From an uncultured virus (IMG/VR IMGVR_UViG_3300007597_000002) (lineage: Duplodnaviria > Heunggongvirae > Uroviricota > Caudoviricetes), in the IMG/VR virus record IMGVR_UViG_3300007597_000002: a stretch of 64,000 nt of DNA; one strand, written 5' to 3'. Shown one piece after another: positions 7,867 through 17,222 of the stretch. The translations under genes and the position numbers were made by a program. Positions within the stretch are counted from its first letter, which is position 1; each line of letters starts with the position of its first letter. Under the pieces are notes generated by a model. That model was not told where the DNA came from. It saw only the letters and a list, made by a program, of their open reading frames with translations, and did not search any database.

Positions 7867-8564
7867 GTTTACTTACAGTCGGCAACCCAAAATTGCTTAA
7901 AGGTGAGAAGAAAGGCTATTTGTCTTCTGTTCTACACTTTGCGCCAGCAACTCTTTCTGGTAAAGAAGTCTGCCCCAAGCGCACAGCTGGATGTACTGCT
8001 GCATGTTTGAATACTGCTGGTCGTGGTGGCATCTTCAAGAAAGGTGAAACCACCAATGTGATTCAAAAAGCACGGATCCGTAAGACCAAAGCATTCTTCG
8101 AAAATCGTCAAGCATTTCTCAATGAGTTGACTGTTGAGATTATCAAAACAAAAACCAAAGCAGAAAAACAAGGACTGATTCCAGTCTTTCGTTTGAATGG
8201 CACTTCAGATCTCGCATGGGAAAAGTATGAAGTTGCAAATGGTAAAAACATTTTCCAAATGTTTCCAGAAGTGCAATTTTACGATTACACCAAAATCAAC
8301 AATCGCAAAGTTGCACACATTCCAAACTACCACCTGACTTTCTCTAAAGCAGATGGAAACGATATGGATACTCGACTTGCAATTTCAAATGGTATGAATG
8401 TCGCAGTTGTATTCCACAAAGTGCCAGAGAACTATCTTGGTCGTCCAGTTATCAATGGCGATGAGACTGATCTTCGTTTCTTGGATCCTAAAGGTGTTAT
8501 CGTTGGTCTCAAAGCCAAAGGTAAAGCCAAGAAGGATCTTTCTGGATTCGTAGTTACTGCTTGA
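7863..8564 (+). CDS. GP88-family protein (Cys-cluster, radical-SAM-like)
   Basis: NPKLLKG, VCP....GC...CLNTAGRG, FRLNGTSD, FYDYTK, NYHLTFS, GDETDLRFLD, GLKAKG. Confidence 0.75.
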   Translation: MSLLTVGNPKLLKGEKKGYLSSVLHFAPATLSGKEVCPKRTAGCTAACLNTAGRGGIFKKGETTNVIQKARIRKTKAFFENRQAFLNELTVEIIKTKTKAEKQGLIPVFRLNGTSDLAWEKYEVANGKNIFQMFPEVQFYDYTKINNRKVAHIPNYHLTFSKADGNDMDTRLAISNGMNVAVVFHKVPENYLGRPVINGDETDLRFLDPKGVIVGLKAKGKAKKDLSGFVVTA

Positions 8565-8589
8565 CATTAATTCATAATTAGAGTATAAT
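8561..8589 (+). promoter_or_regulatory. consensus sigma70 promoter
   Basis: TTGACA 8561-8566, 17 bp spacer, TATAAT 8584-8589; ATG only 7 nt downstream, so the transcript is near-leaderless. Confidence 0.88.
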
Positions 8590-8596
8590 AGAACTT

Positions 8597-8941
8597 ATGC
8601 AGATGCTACATACATCACTTGGTAAAACCAAGAAGAAGAAACCGACTGCCAAACAACGAGAGTTGCAGTCGTCGTGGGAAACCATGTTAAAGAAGTATGC
8701 CACAAAGACGATTGCACCTAAACAACAATCACTCAGTGAAGTATACTCGCTCGGGAGACCTGCTGGTCGGGAGACCCCTAAGATTCCGAGTCTTCCATTC
8801 AGTGGTGCACCATGCACTAAAAAAGACTCACCAGTCTACACTGGATCTCTAATTAAGGGTATTGGTACTATGCACAAATCAAATGCCATACCAATTTTTA
8901 GTGATGAACAAGCAGTTGAAATTGCAACAATGAGGAGATGA
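8597..8941 (+). CDS. conserved hypothetical protein of T4-like phages
   Basis: Basic protein with C-terminal GIGTMHKSNAIP motif. Confidence 0.75.
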   Translation: MQMLHTSLGKTKKKKPTAKQRELQSSWETMLKKYATKTIAPKQQSLSEVYSLGRPAGRETPKIPSLPFSGAPCTKKDSPVYTGSLIKGIGTMHKSNAIPIFSDEQAVEIATMRR

Positions 8942-8942
8942 T

Positions 8943-9581
8943 ATGAAAGTGTTCTCTGCATTCCCAACTCCGATATATATTAATAATATTGAATACGATA
9001 ATGATCTACTTAATACTGTGAAAACCTATGACTATGAATCATTTCACTCTAAAGAACTATCTGGTCGTTACACAGTATCTAAAAATATATTAGATAAATC
9101 TGAGTTGAAATTTTTAAGAACAATTATTGAACAAAATTATAATACACTTTTTTATGATATACTTGGCTTTAATAAAGAAATTGAATTTAGAATAGCAACA
9201 TCTTGGGTAGTTAAATTAGAACCACAAGATTTTGGACACAAGCACTATCATTGCAATAGTTTTTTTAGTGGAGTGCTCTATTTGGAAGTTGATGAGACCA
9301 CTAGTCCCATCGTCTTTTATAGAAATACATCAAACATAAATGAAATGGGTAATCCAGTTATAATTGAAATTCCATTTGATGAAGACTTCTATTATAATGA
9401 ATTTAATTCGCCATCTTGGAAATATCAACCAAAGAAGGGTGATTTGATTTTATTTCCATCTAATTTGGCTCATATGATGCCAGAAAATAGTTCTAACATC
9501 ACAAGATATTCACTGGCATTTAATATATTTCCTTATGGAATATTCGGTAAAAATACTGAAAACGCATTGGAGTTAAAATGA
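8943..9581 (+). CDS. 2OG-Fe(II) oxygenase (TIGR02466-like)
   Basis: FPTP, HYHCNSFFSGVLY, LFPSNLAH, RYSLAFN. Confidence 0.8.
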   Translation: MKVFSAFPTPIYINNIEYDNDLLNTVKTYDYESFHSKELSGRYTVSKNILDKSELKFLRTIIEQNYNTLFYDILGFNKEIEFRIATSWVVKLEPQDFGHKHYHCNSFFSGVLYLEVDETTSPIVFYRNTSNINEMGNPVIIEIPFDEDFYYNEFNSPSWKYQPKKGDLILFPSNLAHMMPENSSNITRYSLAFNIFPYGIFGKNTENALELK

Positions 9582-9766
9582 AAACTTTACAACAACAAGA
9601 AACTGAAGCAGTCTTAGCAATGGGCGAGCAGTTAAAAATTTATGAACAACAAATTGATGTTCTCAAGAAACGAATCGAGAAACTTGAGTCTGATAATGAA
9701 GCCTTAGTTATGGATGTTGCATTCTATGGTGGTAACTTGCTTAACTTGTCTTGCAATAATAAATAA
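9578..9766 (+). CDS. small coiled-coil hypothetical protein
   Basis: Heptad-like sequence; GGAG SD. Confidence 0.65.
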   Translation: MKTLQQQETEAVLAMGEQLKIYEQQIDVLKKRIEKLESDNEALVMDVAFYGGNLLNLSCNNK

Positions 9767-9775
9767 GGTATAATT

Positions 9776-10012
9776 ATGAATAACTTTGAACTGGCTAACC
9801 TACACTTCAAATATCAAGATCTGCAATTAGAGGTTATGAAATTGGATAAATTTTTCACGATGTACTTAGATAAATTTTCTAAAAAATTAGATCCTGAAAA
9901 ACCAAATACTCCAATCTGGAAATTATACAAACAAAAAACGAAAGAATATCATGATCTTTGCAGAGAACTTCGAATCACCGACTACTACATTAAAAGAAAA
10001 ACCAATGTTTAA
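9776..10012 (+). CDS. hypothetical protein
   Basis: 78-aa ORF with AAGG SD in operon context. Confidence 0.65.
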   Translation: MNNFELANLHFKYQDLQLEVMKLDKFFTMYLDKFSKKLDPEKPNTPIWKLYKQKTKEYHDLCRELRITDYYIKRKTNV

Positions 10013-10220
10013 AACAGCCAACGAATTTTCAATGCATATTGAAGAAATTGTTCGTGATAAGAGATTGTCTTATATGGATGCTGTCTTGGAATACTGCAAA
10101 GAAAATTATTTGGAACCAGCAGATGTTGCATCTCTGATAAATAAATCTCTAAAGGATAAGATTGAAATGGATTTTAGAGAGTTGAACTATCTACCTAAAC
10201 AGGCAAAATTGGATGTGTGA
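10005..10220 (+). CDS. gp33: late-promoter transcription coactivator gp33
   Basis: FS..IE.IV....SYMDAVL.YC..N..E....LI.KSLK.KI; synteny with gp59-gp32. Confidence 0.85.
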   Translation: MFKTANEFSMHIEEIVRDKRLSYMDAVLEYCKENYLEPADVASLINKSLKDKIEMDFRELNYLPKQAKLDV

Positions 10221-10831
10221 TGGATGGCTTTAAAGCGTATCGTTATTACCTAGCGATTAAACTTCATTTCACTTCTGAAAAATTTAACGTCTTCGAAAAT
10301 CGAGGTAATGTTAAAGGTACACGTGAAGCATTCACCGCCAGAAATGATAGATATATATTCGAGAAACTTGCCAACAAGTACAACGATGATAGAGAAATTA
10401 TTCAGTTCTTTGTTGCAAATTTTGCTTATGGTAATGAGTCTGCGATATATGAAGGACAACAGGCAGAAGAAAATCTTGTCGAATGGATTAAACGAAAACA
10501 GTCAATCACACAAAGGTTCATTGATGACTTAGCTACTATATTAACACACACTGAGGTAAATAGGTTACCACAAACATCTATCTTCAACTTTATTGATTCT
10601 GCATATCCAGTTACATTAGAGTTGTTTGTTGGAGGTAAGGTATCGATAGAAACTCTTAGGATTATAGATGATTTTTATCCGATAATTGCAAAATGGCAAG
10701 ATAATACCTCTATTAAATATATTTGGAATCAAGAATTGTTGAGAATTAAAAAGTTGACTGGCTTCGTTAAATACGATAGAATTAAGGCTGAAAAGATCTT
10801 TAGTCACTTCATGGAAGAAATCGAGATTTGA
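10217..10831 (+). CDS. gp59: helicase loader gp59
   Basis: Y..YLAIKLHFT, F..RND.Y.FEKL, FFVANF, ISIET. Confidence 0.88.
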   Translation: MMDGFKAYRYYLAIKLHFTSEKFNVFENRGNVKGTREAFTARNDRYIFEKLANKYNDDREIIQFFVANFAYGNESAIYEGQQAEENLVEWIKRKQSITQRFIDDLATILTHTEVNRLPQTSIFNFIDSAYPVTLELFVGGKVSIETLRIIDDFYPIIAKWQDNTSIKYIWNQELLRIKKLTGFVKYDRIKAEKIFSHFMEEIEI

Positions 10832-10835
10832 CATC

Positions 10836-11054
10836 ATGGGCAAGACATATTATAAGTCATCGAAATCAGATGATGATAGTTTTGGTGGTCGTTCAGGGAA
10901 ACCTGCCAAACATGCTAGTGGTCGAAAGACTGGTGGTATGAGAACGATAAATAGTTATGTTGAAGAAGATTATGATTTAAACAATGAAGACTTTGATGAC
11001 GACATTGAACTAGATGATAAAATACAAATCGACCATACTAAAAATAAACCGTAA
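10836..11054 (+). CDS. hypothetical protein (basic N-terminus, acidic C-terminus)
   Basis: 72-aa ORF between gp59 and gp32. Confidence 0.65.
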   Translation: MGKTYYKSSKSDDDSFGGRSGKPAKHASGRKTGGMRTINSYVEEDYDLNNEDFDDDIELDDKIQIDHTKNKP

Positions 11055-11075
11055 TATTAATATAAAGGAAATACG

Positions 11076-11978
11076 ATGGACATTCAAACACTCCGCAAAA
11101 TGCGCAATCAAGACTTCGGAAAAATCTCTGGAGAATTCGATAAGATTGCTAATCCCCAAACCGAAAAGAAATCATATTCAGACGATCGCTTCTGGCGTCT
11201 CGAAGGTGACAAAGCTGGCAATGGCACAGCAACTTTCCGATTCCTACCACGTGTAGAAGGTGATGAACTCCCATGGGTTCGAATCTTTTCTCATGGCTTC
11301 CAAGGTCCAACTGGAAAGTGGTACATCGAAAATTCTCTAACCACTCTTGGTGAGAATGACCCTGTTGGTGAGTTGAACACAACTCTTTGGAACTCTGGTT
11401 CTGAAGCCAACAAAGAAATCGCTCGTAAACAAAAACGTAAGTTGTCATTTATTGCCAACATTCTCATTGTGTCTGATCCAAAGCATCCAGAGAATGAAGG
11501 TAAGGTATTCTTGTTTAAATTTGGCAAGAAAATCTTTGATAAGATCATGGACAAAGCACGTCCAACTTTCGAAGACGAAAAGCCTGTAAACGTGTTTGAT
11601 TTGTGGGAAGGTTCTAACTTCAAATTGCGTATGCGTAAGAAAGATGGCTACGCAAACTATGACGAATCTTCTTTTGCAGATCCAGCACCTGCTGCTTCTG
11701 ATGAAGACTTGGTTCGTATCGTAAATGGTCAGTACAAGTTGTCTGAGTTTACTGATCGTAGTAACTTCAAGTCTTATGATGAGTTGAAGAAGAAACTAGA
11801 TGCAGTTCTTTCTGGTGATTCTTTTGCTGGTAAGTCTGCTGCACAAATGGCTGAAGAAGAAGATCGTCCTGTTGCATCTGCACCAAAGATGGCTTCTAAA
11901 CCAGCACCTGTGTCAAAGTCGATGGATGACGATGAAGATGTTATGTCTTATTTTCAGAAGATCGCTAAAGAAGACTAA
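11076..11978 (+). CDS. gp32: single-stranded DNA-binding protein gp32 (lacks the T4 zinc Cys residues)
   Basis: DDRFW, GNG.A..RFLP, HGFQGPTGKWYIENS, FGKKIFDKI, acidic tail. Confidence 0.95.
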   Translation: MDIQTLRKMRNQDFGKISGEFDKIANPQTEKKSYSDDRFWRLEGDKAGNGTATFRFLPRVEGDELPWVRIFSHGFQGPTGKWYIENSLTTLGENDPVGELNTTLWNSGSEANKEIARKQKRKLSFIANILIVSDPKHPENEGKVFLFKFGKKIFDKIMDKARPTFEDEKPVNVFDLWEGSNFKLRMRKKDGYANYDESSFADPAPAASDEDLVRIVNGQYKLSEFTDRSNFKSYDELKKKLDAVLSGDSFAGKSAAQMAEEEDRPVASAPKMASKPAPVSKSMDDDEDVMSYFQKIAKED

Positions 11979-11990
11979 TTAGTTTTTACC

Positions 11991-12024
11991 AAAAAGAAAG
12001 GGGACTTTCGTCCCCTTTTTTATT
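11991..12024. terminator. bidirectional terminator between convergent gp32 and tape measure genes
   Basis: A-run + GGGGAC-TTTC-GTCCCC + T-run. Confidence 0.88.
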
Positions 12025-14113
12025 ATGCGAATTTAGATCGTAACCAACTACTTGCTGATGATTCAGGATTTCTTATCGCTGGTCTTGTTACTTGCGTTAC
12101 ATTAGAGTTGTTTGTTACTGGTGCATTTACTGCGACAGTGCCACCACCCTTAGCATTTTGTCCCTTAACTTCGGCAGAAGTATCTGCATTCATTTTAGAA
12201 GCATTGGCTACTTTAGTACCATCCACTTGCATGGCACCACCAGCTGCAACGAATGCTGTTGCTTTTAGCCATGGGAAGTCATTGACAGCATCCATTCCAC
12301 CTTTTGGAATTTTACCGAATGCTACCATAGCACCACTCAACTTATCGAGTCCCATTGCTGCTTTCATCACACCTTCGCCATTTTGACCAATTTTAATCAA
12401 TTGTTCAACAGGACTATCAGTGCCAATAGTCAATAGTCTACCAACTAAGTTTCCGATACCAGCAACTGCCTGACCAGCACCAAATGCTGCCATAGCAAGA
12501 CCCAATGCAGCTACACCTGCTGCTACTGATAGTAAATTACTACCATCCATCTTTCCTATTCGTTCGAGACCATCGGTCATGTCAGAAAAACCTTTTCCAA
12601 CTGCCTGCATGGCTTCACCGATTACATACAACGCACCACCCATTAATCCTAATGCCACTGCGCCAGCAATAATTAAAGGTGCTGCTGTACCAGCAATTGC
12701 ACCGATTATTCCAAGTCCTGCCACTGCTGCTAATCCTTTACCGATTGTTTCCCAATCTAATCCTTGGAAATTTTGCATAGCATCACCAGTGATCCATAGA
12801 GCACCAGCAAGTATTACTAATGCAGCACTGCCAATTAACATAGATGGAGAAGATTTTCCAAGCAACATAGCAATGCCAGCAAGTCCTAACAATGCCACCC
12901 CACCCATAGCGATACTTTCCCATTCGACATCAGCGAATTCTTGAAGTGCTTTTGCCGTTACGTATAATGCGCCAGCAAGTATCACCATCGATGCAGCACC
13001 TTTGATTACATTTGCATTACCAAATGAACCAATACCTTTAGCGATTCCAGTTAACAAACCTTGTATACCTGATCCAATACCTTTACCTAGTCCAGCGATA
13101 CCACCACCAAGTGCTTTAAGACCAGCACCAATTCCAGCCATTATACCGCCACCACCTTCTCCACCAGATGCAGCCTGTGCTTTAACTGGTGTAGAATCAC
13201 CTCTGGTATTTTCCTCAATCTTTTCCAGAAGATCAGTTTGAGAACCCATCATTCGATTATTTTCTAATTCAGTTTCTTCAGACTTACCTGCATTTGCTGC
13301 AGCTGTGGTAGCAGTTGGTGGTTTTAATCCAGCCGAGTTACCACTAAGATTACTAAGTATCGCTCTGTTCACTGGAGTTGGACTTTTCACATCAGTACTA
13401 TAATCGTACTTTGCATATTCATCTGCACTGGCTTGTCGTTTATCTAATAAAGCACGACCTGCTTTAGATTTACCCATCTCGTCATCACTATGACCCGTAA
13501 TAGATTTAAACTTTTCTATAGCAGCTTCATTTTTCTTTATTTCTTTTGACGCATTGTGCGCACCCTCATAATCTTTTTTCAGCTGTTCACGTGTTCCTGG
13601 ATTACCGAGTGCTTTTTGTTTTTCAATAAACTTTTCTCTTTCCATACTTTTATTGAATACACCACCGATGTTAAGTGCACCCATTACCTTCTGTTTCACA
13701 TTACTAACAGATAGAGATTGTTTTAAGTTGTCTTTTTTATCTTGAATCTTTTCGCCGAGTGTTTTGAATGTTGTCATACCTTTAGCAATTTCAGATATTG
13801 CTTTGGCTTCTTTGTCCCATTCTTTTTGGAAATCTTCGTCAGACTTCCCCATTCGTTTCGTAGTTTTTAACTGATCAGATAGAGTATCTCTAATTTTAGC
13901 GAGGATAGCAGTATCGCTTGCCTGTCCTCCACCAAGTTTAGCAGCAGTGGCAGATTGAACCTTATTCGATAATTCCATTAGTTGTTTAATGGAAGTCAAC
14001 TCACCTAATGTAGCAGATTGAACTGCTAAAATTTGTGAGAATCCTTCAGTAGTAGTACTGGTCTGTTCTCTAATACTAGAATTTACCGAACTGTTGCTGG
14101 TTCTCTTTGCCAT
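12023..14113 (-). CDS. tape measure protein (gp29 position)
   Basis: Helical N-terminal half, Gly/Ala-rich hydrophobic repeats (WESIAMG/WETIGKG), NAPVTNNSN tail; follows gp26/gp51. Confidence 0.7.
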   Translation of the reverse strand: MAKRTSNSSVNSSIREQTSTTTEGFSQILAVQSATLGELTSIKQLMELSNKVQSATAAKLGGGQASDTAILAKIRDTLSDQLKTTKRMGKSDEDFQKEWDKEAKAISEIAKGMTTFKTLGEKIQDKKDNLKQSLSVSNVKQKVMGALNIGGVFNKSMEREKFIEKQKALGNPGTREQLKKDYEGAHNASKEIKKNEAAIEKFKSITGHSDDEMGKSKAGRALLDKRQASADEYAKYDYSTDVKSPTPVNRAILSNLSGNSAGLKPPTATTAAANAGKSEETELENNRMMGSQTDLLEKIEENTRGDSTPVKAQAASGGEGGGGIMAGIGAGLKALGGGIAGLGKGIGSGIQGLLTGIAKGIGSFGNANVIKGAASMVILAGALYVTAKALQEFADVEWESIAMGGVALLGLAGIAMLLGKSSPSMLIGSAALVILAGALWITGDAMQNFQGLDWETIGKGLAAVAGLGIIGAIAGTAAPLIIAGAVALGLMGGALYVIGEAMQAVGKGFSDMTDGLERIGKMDGSNLLSVAAGVAALGLAMAAFGAGQAVAGIGNLVGRLLTIGTDSPVEQLIKIGQNGEGVMKAAMGLDKLSGAMVAFGKIPKGGMDAVNDFPWLKATAFVAAGGAMQVDGTKVANASKMNADTSAEVKGQNAKGGGTVAVNAPVTNNSNVTQVTRPAIRNPESSASSWLRSKFA

Positions 14114-14114
14114 T

Positions 14115-14264
14115 TTATCTTACTCTCTTTTGTGATTCTAATCTACGTTTTTCTTCTTCTAAATACTGAATCAACATATGCACATATATTTCTCGTTCAA
14201 ACGGTATCATTTCCTCAATTTCCGTAAGCGAGTACTTGTGGTATTGCATTAAAGCAAAATTCAT
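14115..14264 (-). CDS. gp51: baseplate hub assembly protein gp51 (not in the ORF track)
   Basis: MNFALMQYHKYSLTEIEEMIPFEREIYVHMLIQYLEEEKRRLESQKRVR*; the frame stays open upstream through the T8 run at the end of gp26. Confidence 0.85.
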   Translation of the reverse strand: MNFALMQYHKYSLTEIEEMIPFEREIYVHMLIQYLEEEKRRLESQKRVR

Positions 14265-14302
14265 CTTATAATAATTGTGCAATGTCTCATGACAAAGGTT
14301 TA

Positions 14303-15025
14303 TTAAAAAAAACTTTGGAGTCCCTCCAATGTCTTCTTATGTTCTTTACTACAAAGGGGACATGTGTACTCAATATCTTTTTTAATCTTAGGCATTGTAG
14401 TAAAGAATTTTTGTACTTTCAGAAACTGTTCTGAAGTTAAATTCTCAACGAATGCTAAAAGTTCTTTTTCTGTTTGTTCATGACCATGGAAAATTTCATC
14501 GCCTTGATAGATATAATCTATTGAATTTGCGATAATCTTAAAGATATTGTCGATATTTTCTGTATCTGCAAGTTCTAGTTTCTTGGACATTTCTACTGTT
14601 GGATATTTCATCACAACACCAACATCTCCAAACAACTCAATCTTTTTATTATGGTCTGCATCTTTTTCTACGGACAGTTTTGTTAAGTCAATACTAATCT
14701 TAACTTTGGCTTTGTCGTTTTCTTCACCATGATCTACATCACATGGGACTAAAATTTCAATAATTTCTCCAACAGACTTAGCACGAATCTGAGTAAACAT
14801 ATACTCAAGATCAAATGTTGCCAGTTTGTTAATATCAATCTTATCAAGAACACAAGAGCCGATAACACCCTTCAGACTATCTACCATCACAGATAAATCT
14901 TCACTTTGTTGGGCAATCAGCAGAGCCTTTTCTTCTTTAATAAGAAATGGACGGTATTTAATCGATTCATTAGTTGAGGGAACCACCATACTGTATGTTG
15001 GTGTACTCATCATTGGTAAAGACAT
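14303..15025 (-). CDS. gp26: baseplate hub assembly chaperone gp26
   Basis: MSLP...P.Y, YRPFLIKEEKALL, FDLEY.F..IRAKSVGE, CPLC, LEGLQSFF. Confidence 0.9.
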   Translation of the reverse strand: MSLPMMSTPTYSMVVPSTNESIKYRPFLIKEEKALLIAQQSEDLSVMVDSLKGVIGSCVLDKIDINKLATFDLEYMFTQIRAKSVGEIIEILVPCDVDHGEENDKAKVKISIDLTKLSVEKDADHNKKIELFGDVGVVMKYPTVEMSKKLELADTENIDNIFKIIANSIDYIYQGDEIFHGHEQTEKELLAFVENLTSEQFLKVQKFFTTMPKIKKDIEYTCPLCSKEHKKTLEGLQSFF

Positions 15026-15026
15026 A

Positions 15027-15443
15027 TTATTCTCCTTTAGACATATTCTTAATTAACTTATTCAACTCACTTGTGCTACCTACAAAGATAGCATTGTTTG
15101 TCACCTTCTTACTCGTTTCTGATTTAGAAGGTGCATCAAGTTTGGCTTTTTGCTGATGTATATCCATAAGTTGTTGGTTAACATCGGCTAACTGTTTCAT
15201 CAAATTACCCACGACTTCAAAAGCACGTGGGTGTTCACTAGATTTTGCTACTTCCAAAGCATGCATTAAAGCATTTTGTCCTGTAGTAAGTAACTCACGA
15301 AGATTATCTCTGGCTGTATCATAGTCAGATTCAATTCTTTCATTTGGTGGAGTTACTATTTCTCCTGTTTCAGCAACAATCATTTCATTCTTTGGTATTG
15401 AAGGGATATCAAAGACTTGTGACAAAGAATCATCAATTTTCAT
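15027..15443 (-). CDS. gp16: terminase small subunit gp16
   Basis: DYDTARDNL, A..SEHPRAFEV, TNNAIFVGST. Confidence 0.85.
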   Translation of the reverse strand: MKIDDSLSQVFDIPSIPKNEMIVAETGEIVTPPNERIESDYDTARDNLRELLTTGQNALMHALEVAKSSEHPRAFEVVGNLMKQLADVNQQLMDIHQQKAKLDAPSKSETSKKVTNNAIFVGSTSELNKLIKNMSKGE

Positions 15444-15448
15444 ATTTA

Positions 15449-15871
15449 TTAATCGTTTCTAGTGTTTCTTGTTGGTGGGTCACCTGGAAATCCTGCACCA
15501 AAACTTGCTGCTGGCGCAGGGGTTGGGAATGCTGGCGCAGGTACACCAGCAACTGGGAATGCTGGAGTTGTTGGTGTGATAGTAGGTGTAGCATTTGTTG
15601 CTGTTCCTGCAATCTTTTCTTGAGTTCTTCCGAATGCTGCGATACCTAATACCGCACCCATGGCTAAGTGAAACAAACCAGCACCTTGTAGTGTCAGTGG
15701 ATTCCATTGAGTGACTGGCTGTTTCATTGTTGCCTGTAGTAATGCCCACAGAACTGGAAATATAACCATGTCACACATACACACAATCATGTACATCCAA
15801 CCCATAGCTGGACGCCACTTTTTCTGCATCCAGTCTTCGTCTTTTTTAACTTCTTTAATTTCATCAGCCAT
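15449..15871 (-). CDS. holin (GTA 3TM-like)
   Basis: WRPAMGW motif, TM segments, LGIAAFGRTQEK. Confidence 0.7.
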   Translation of the reverse strand: MADEIKEVKKDEDWMQKKWRPAMGWMYMIVCMCDMVIFPVLWALLQATMKQPVTQWNPLTLQGAGLFHLAMGAVLGIAAFGRTQEKIAGTATNATPTITPTTPAFPVAGVPAPAFPTPAPAASFGAGFPGDPPTRNTRND

Positions 15872-15881
15872 CTTTATCTCC

Positions 15882-16610
15882 TTAACGTCTTCTTAACAGA
15901 CTTGGTATTTTTGTAACTAATTTTGCACCAATTGCACCTATAGCAAAATTCTTCAATTTGTCCACTAATGTATTTTGTTGTTTTGGACTAACTGAATCAA
16001 CAGTTGTTGTAAAGTCTGGACTATATCTGCTCGCTGAATCTGGAATCACCCCATAAGTCTGGGATATGTGTTCATCAGATAATTTAAATCCATCTGCAAC
16101 TCTTTCCGTAATATAGTATTTGTAGACAAAGTTCACTGACATCTTCATGACATCTTTTGAAGTTGTATCTAATTGTATAGCACCTACACTTTTTGGGTAT
16201 GCTTCAAACATAGTGACTTTATATCTAACATTATTTTCTAGATCTTCCACGAATACTGTAATGTCTGTAATGTATTCTTTATAGTAGCTGAACAGACGAG
16301 TATCTGGATTTTGAATAGAGATTGTCCATGTATCAAACAATTCTTTAACTGCCATTGCTCTGTCTACATAAAATGACATTGATATTGGTTCGTAAAGTCT
16401 TTCATATGGTGTTTCTCTAAATTCACCGAATGCTCTATTCTGTGTTGTTGAATAATTAGTACCTGGAATTTGTACTTGGTCACAAAGTAATCCAACTAAT
16501 CCTATCACTTCTGGATCCAGAAAAGGTGGTTGGAACATAACATGGAATCTATTAGTTCTAGATAATCCACCTCTTTTTATTTGAGCAACAAATTCGTTTA
16601 GTTCAGCCAT
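15882..16610 (-). CDS. gp54: tail-tube-like baseplate initiator (gp54-like)
   Basis: GGLSRTNRF, CD.V.IPG, F..W, EAYP..V..I.L tube-fold pattern. Confidence 0.7.
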   Translation of the reverse strand: MAELNEFVAQIKRGGLSRTNRFHVMFQPPFLDPEVIGLVGLLCDQVQIPGTNYSTTQNRAFGEFRETPYERLYEPISMSFYVDRAMAVKELFDTWTISIQNPDTRLFSYYKEYITDITVFVEDLENNVRYKVTMFEAYPKSVGAIQLDTTSKDVMKMSVNFVYKYYITERVADGFKLSDEHISQTYGVIPDSASRYSPDFTTTVDSVSPKQQNTLVDKLKNFAIGAIGAKLVTKIPSLLRRR

Positions 16611-17209
16611 TATAGTTTTCTTATTTTCTTTCTGGAGTCAGACCAGACTTGTTGTTTAGATGCGCCAACAAATCGTTCTACAGGAAGCAACATAGCAGTT
16701 GCCCAGTCAGCAGAACTAACTCTTCTAAATTGGCTTCTTACATGACTATTTAAATATTGTTTAACACATGGATGGGCTGCTTTGTATTTCGAAACACCAT
16801 CTATAAGAGCCCATGAATATTTCAACTTTGTAGTTTCATCCCAACGACTATTGTTCTTAAAGGTTAGCAGAGCATCTAATAAATAGATTCGAAGGTCGTA
16901 TGGAAGATAATGCATATTAAGACCATAGAATCCATCTGCAGTTTTTCTAAATGGAAACACTAGAGGGAATCTATCATAGTATGGAAGATCCTCTTTTGTT
17001 TTTGGATCATAAGCATACATATACAAACTTCCAGGTTGTATAGTAGTTGTATTCTGTGAAGGATCACCTTTTATCACTTGATTTGGGGTGATGTTTTGCT
17101 GGGCGAGAGAACTCACCTGTTTGTTGAACCAACTAGTAGATCGTTTAACTGATGTTAATAGATCGTACTGATTACGTTCAAATACGTCTTGCATTGGTTT
17201 TTTAGCCAT
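16610..17209 (-). CDS. gp2: DNA end protector gp2
   Basis: YDPKTKEDLPYYDRFPLV, GLNMHYLP, CVKQYL..HV.S. Confidence 0.9.
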   Translation of the reverse strand: MAKKPMQDVFERNQYDLLTSVKRSTSWFNKQVSSLAQQNITPNQVIKGDPSQNTTTIQPGSLYMYAYDPKTKEDLPYYDRFPLVFPFRKTADGFYGLNMHYLPYDLRIYLLDALLTFKNNSRWDETTKLKYSWALIDGVSKYKAAHPCVKQYLNSHVRSQFRRVSSADWATAMLLPVERFVGASKQQVWSDSRKKIRKL

Positions 17210-17222
17210 AATGTTATTTAGG

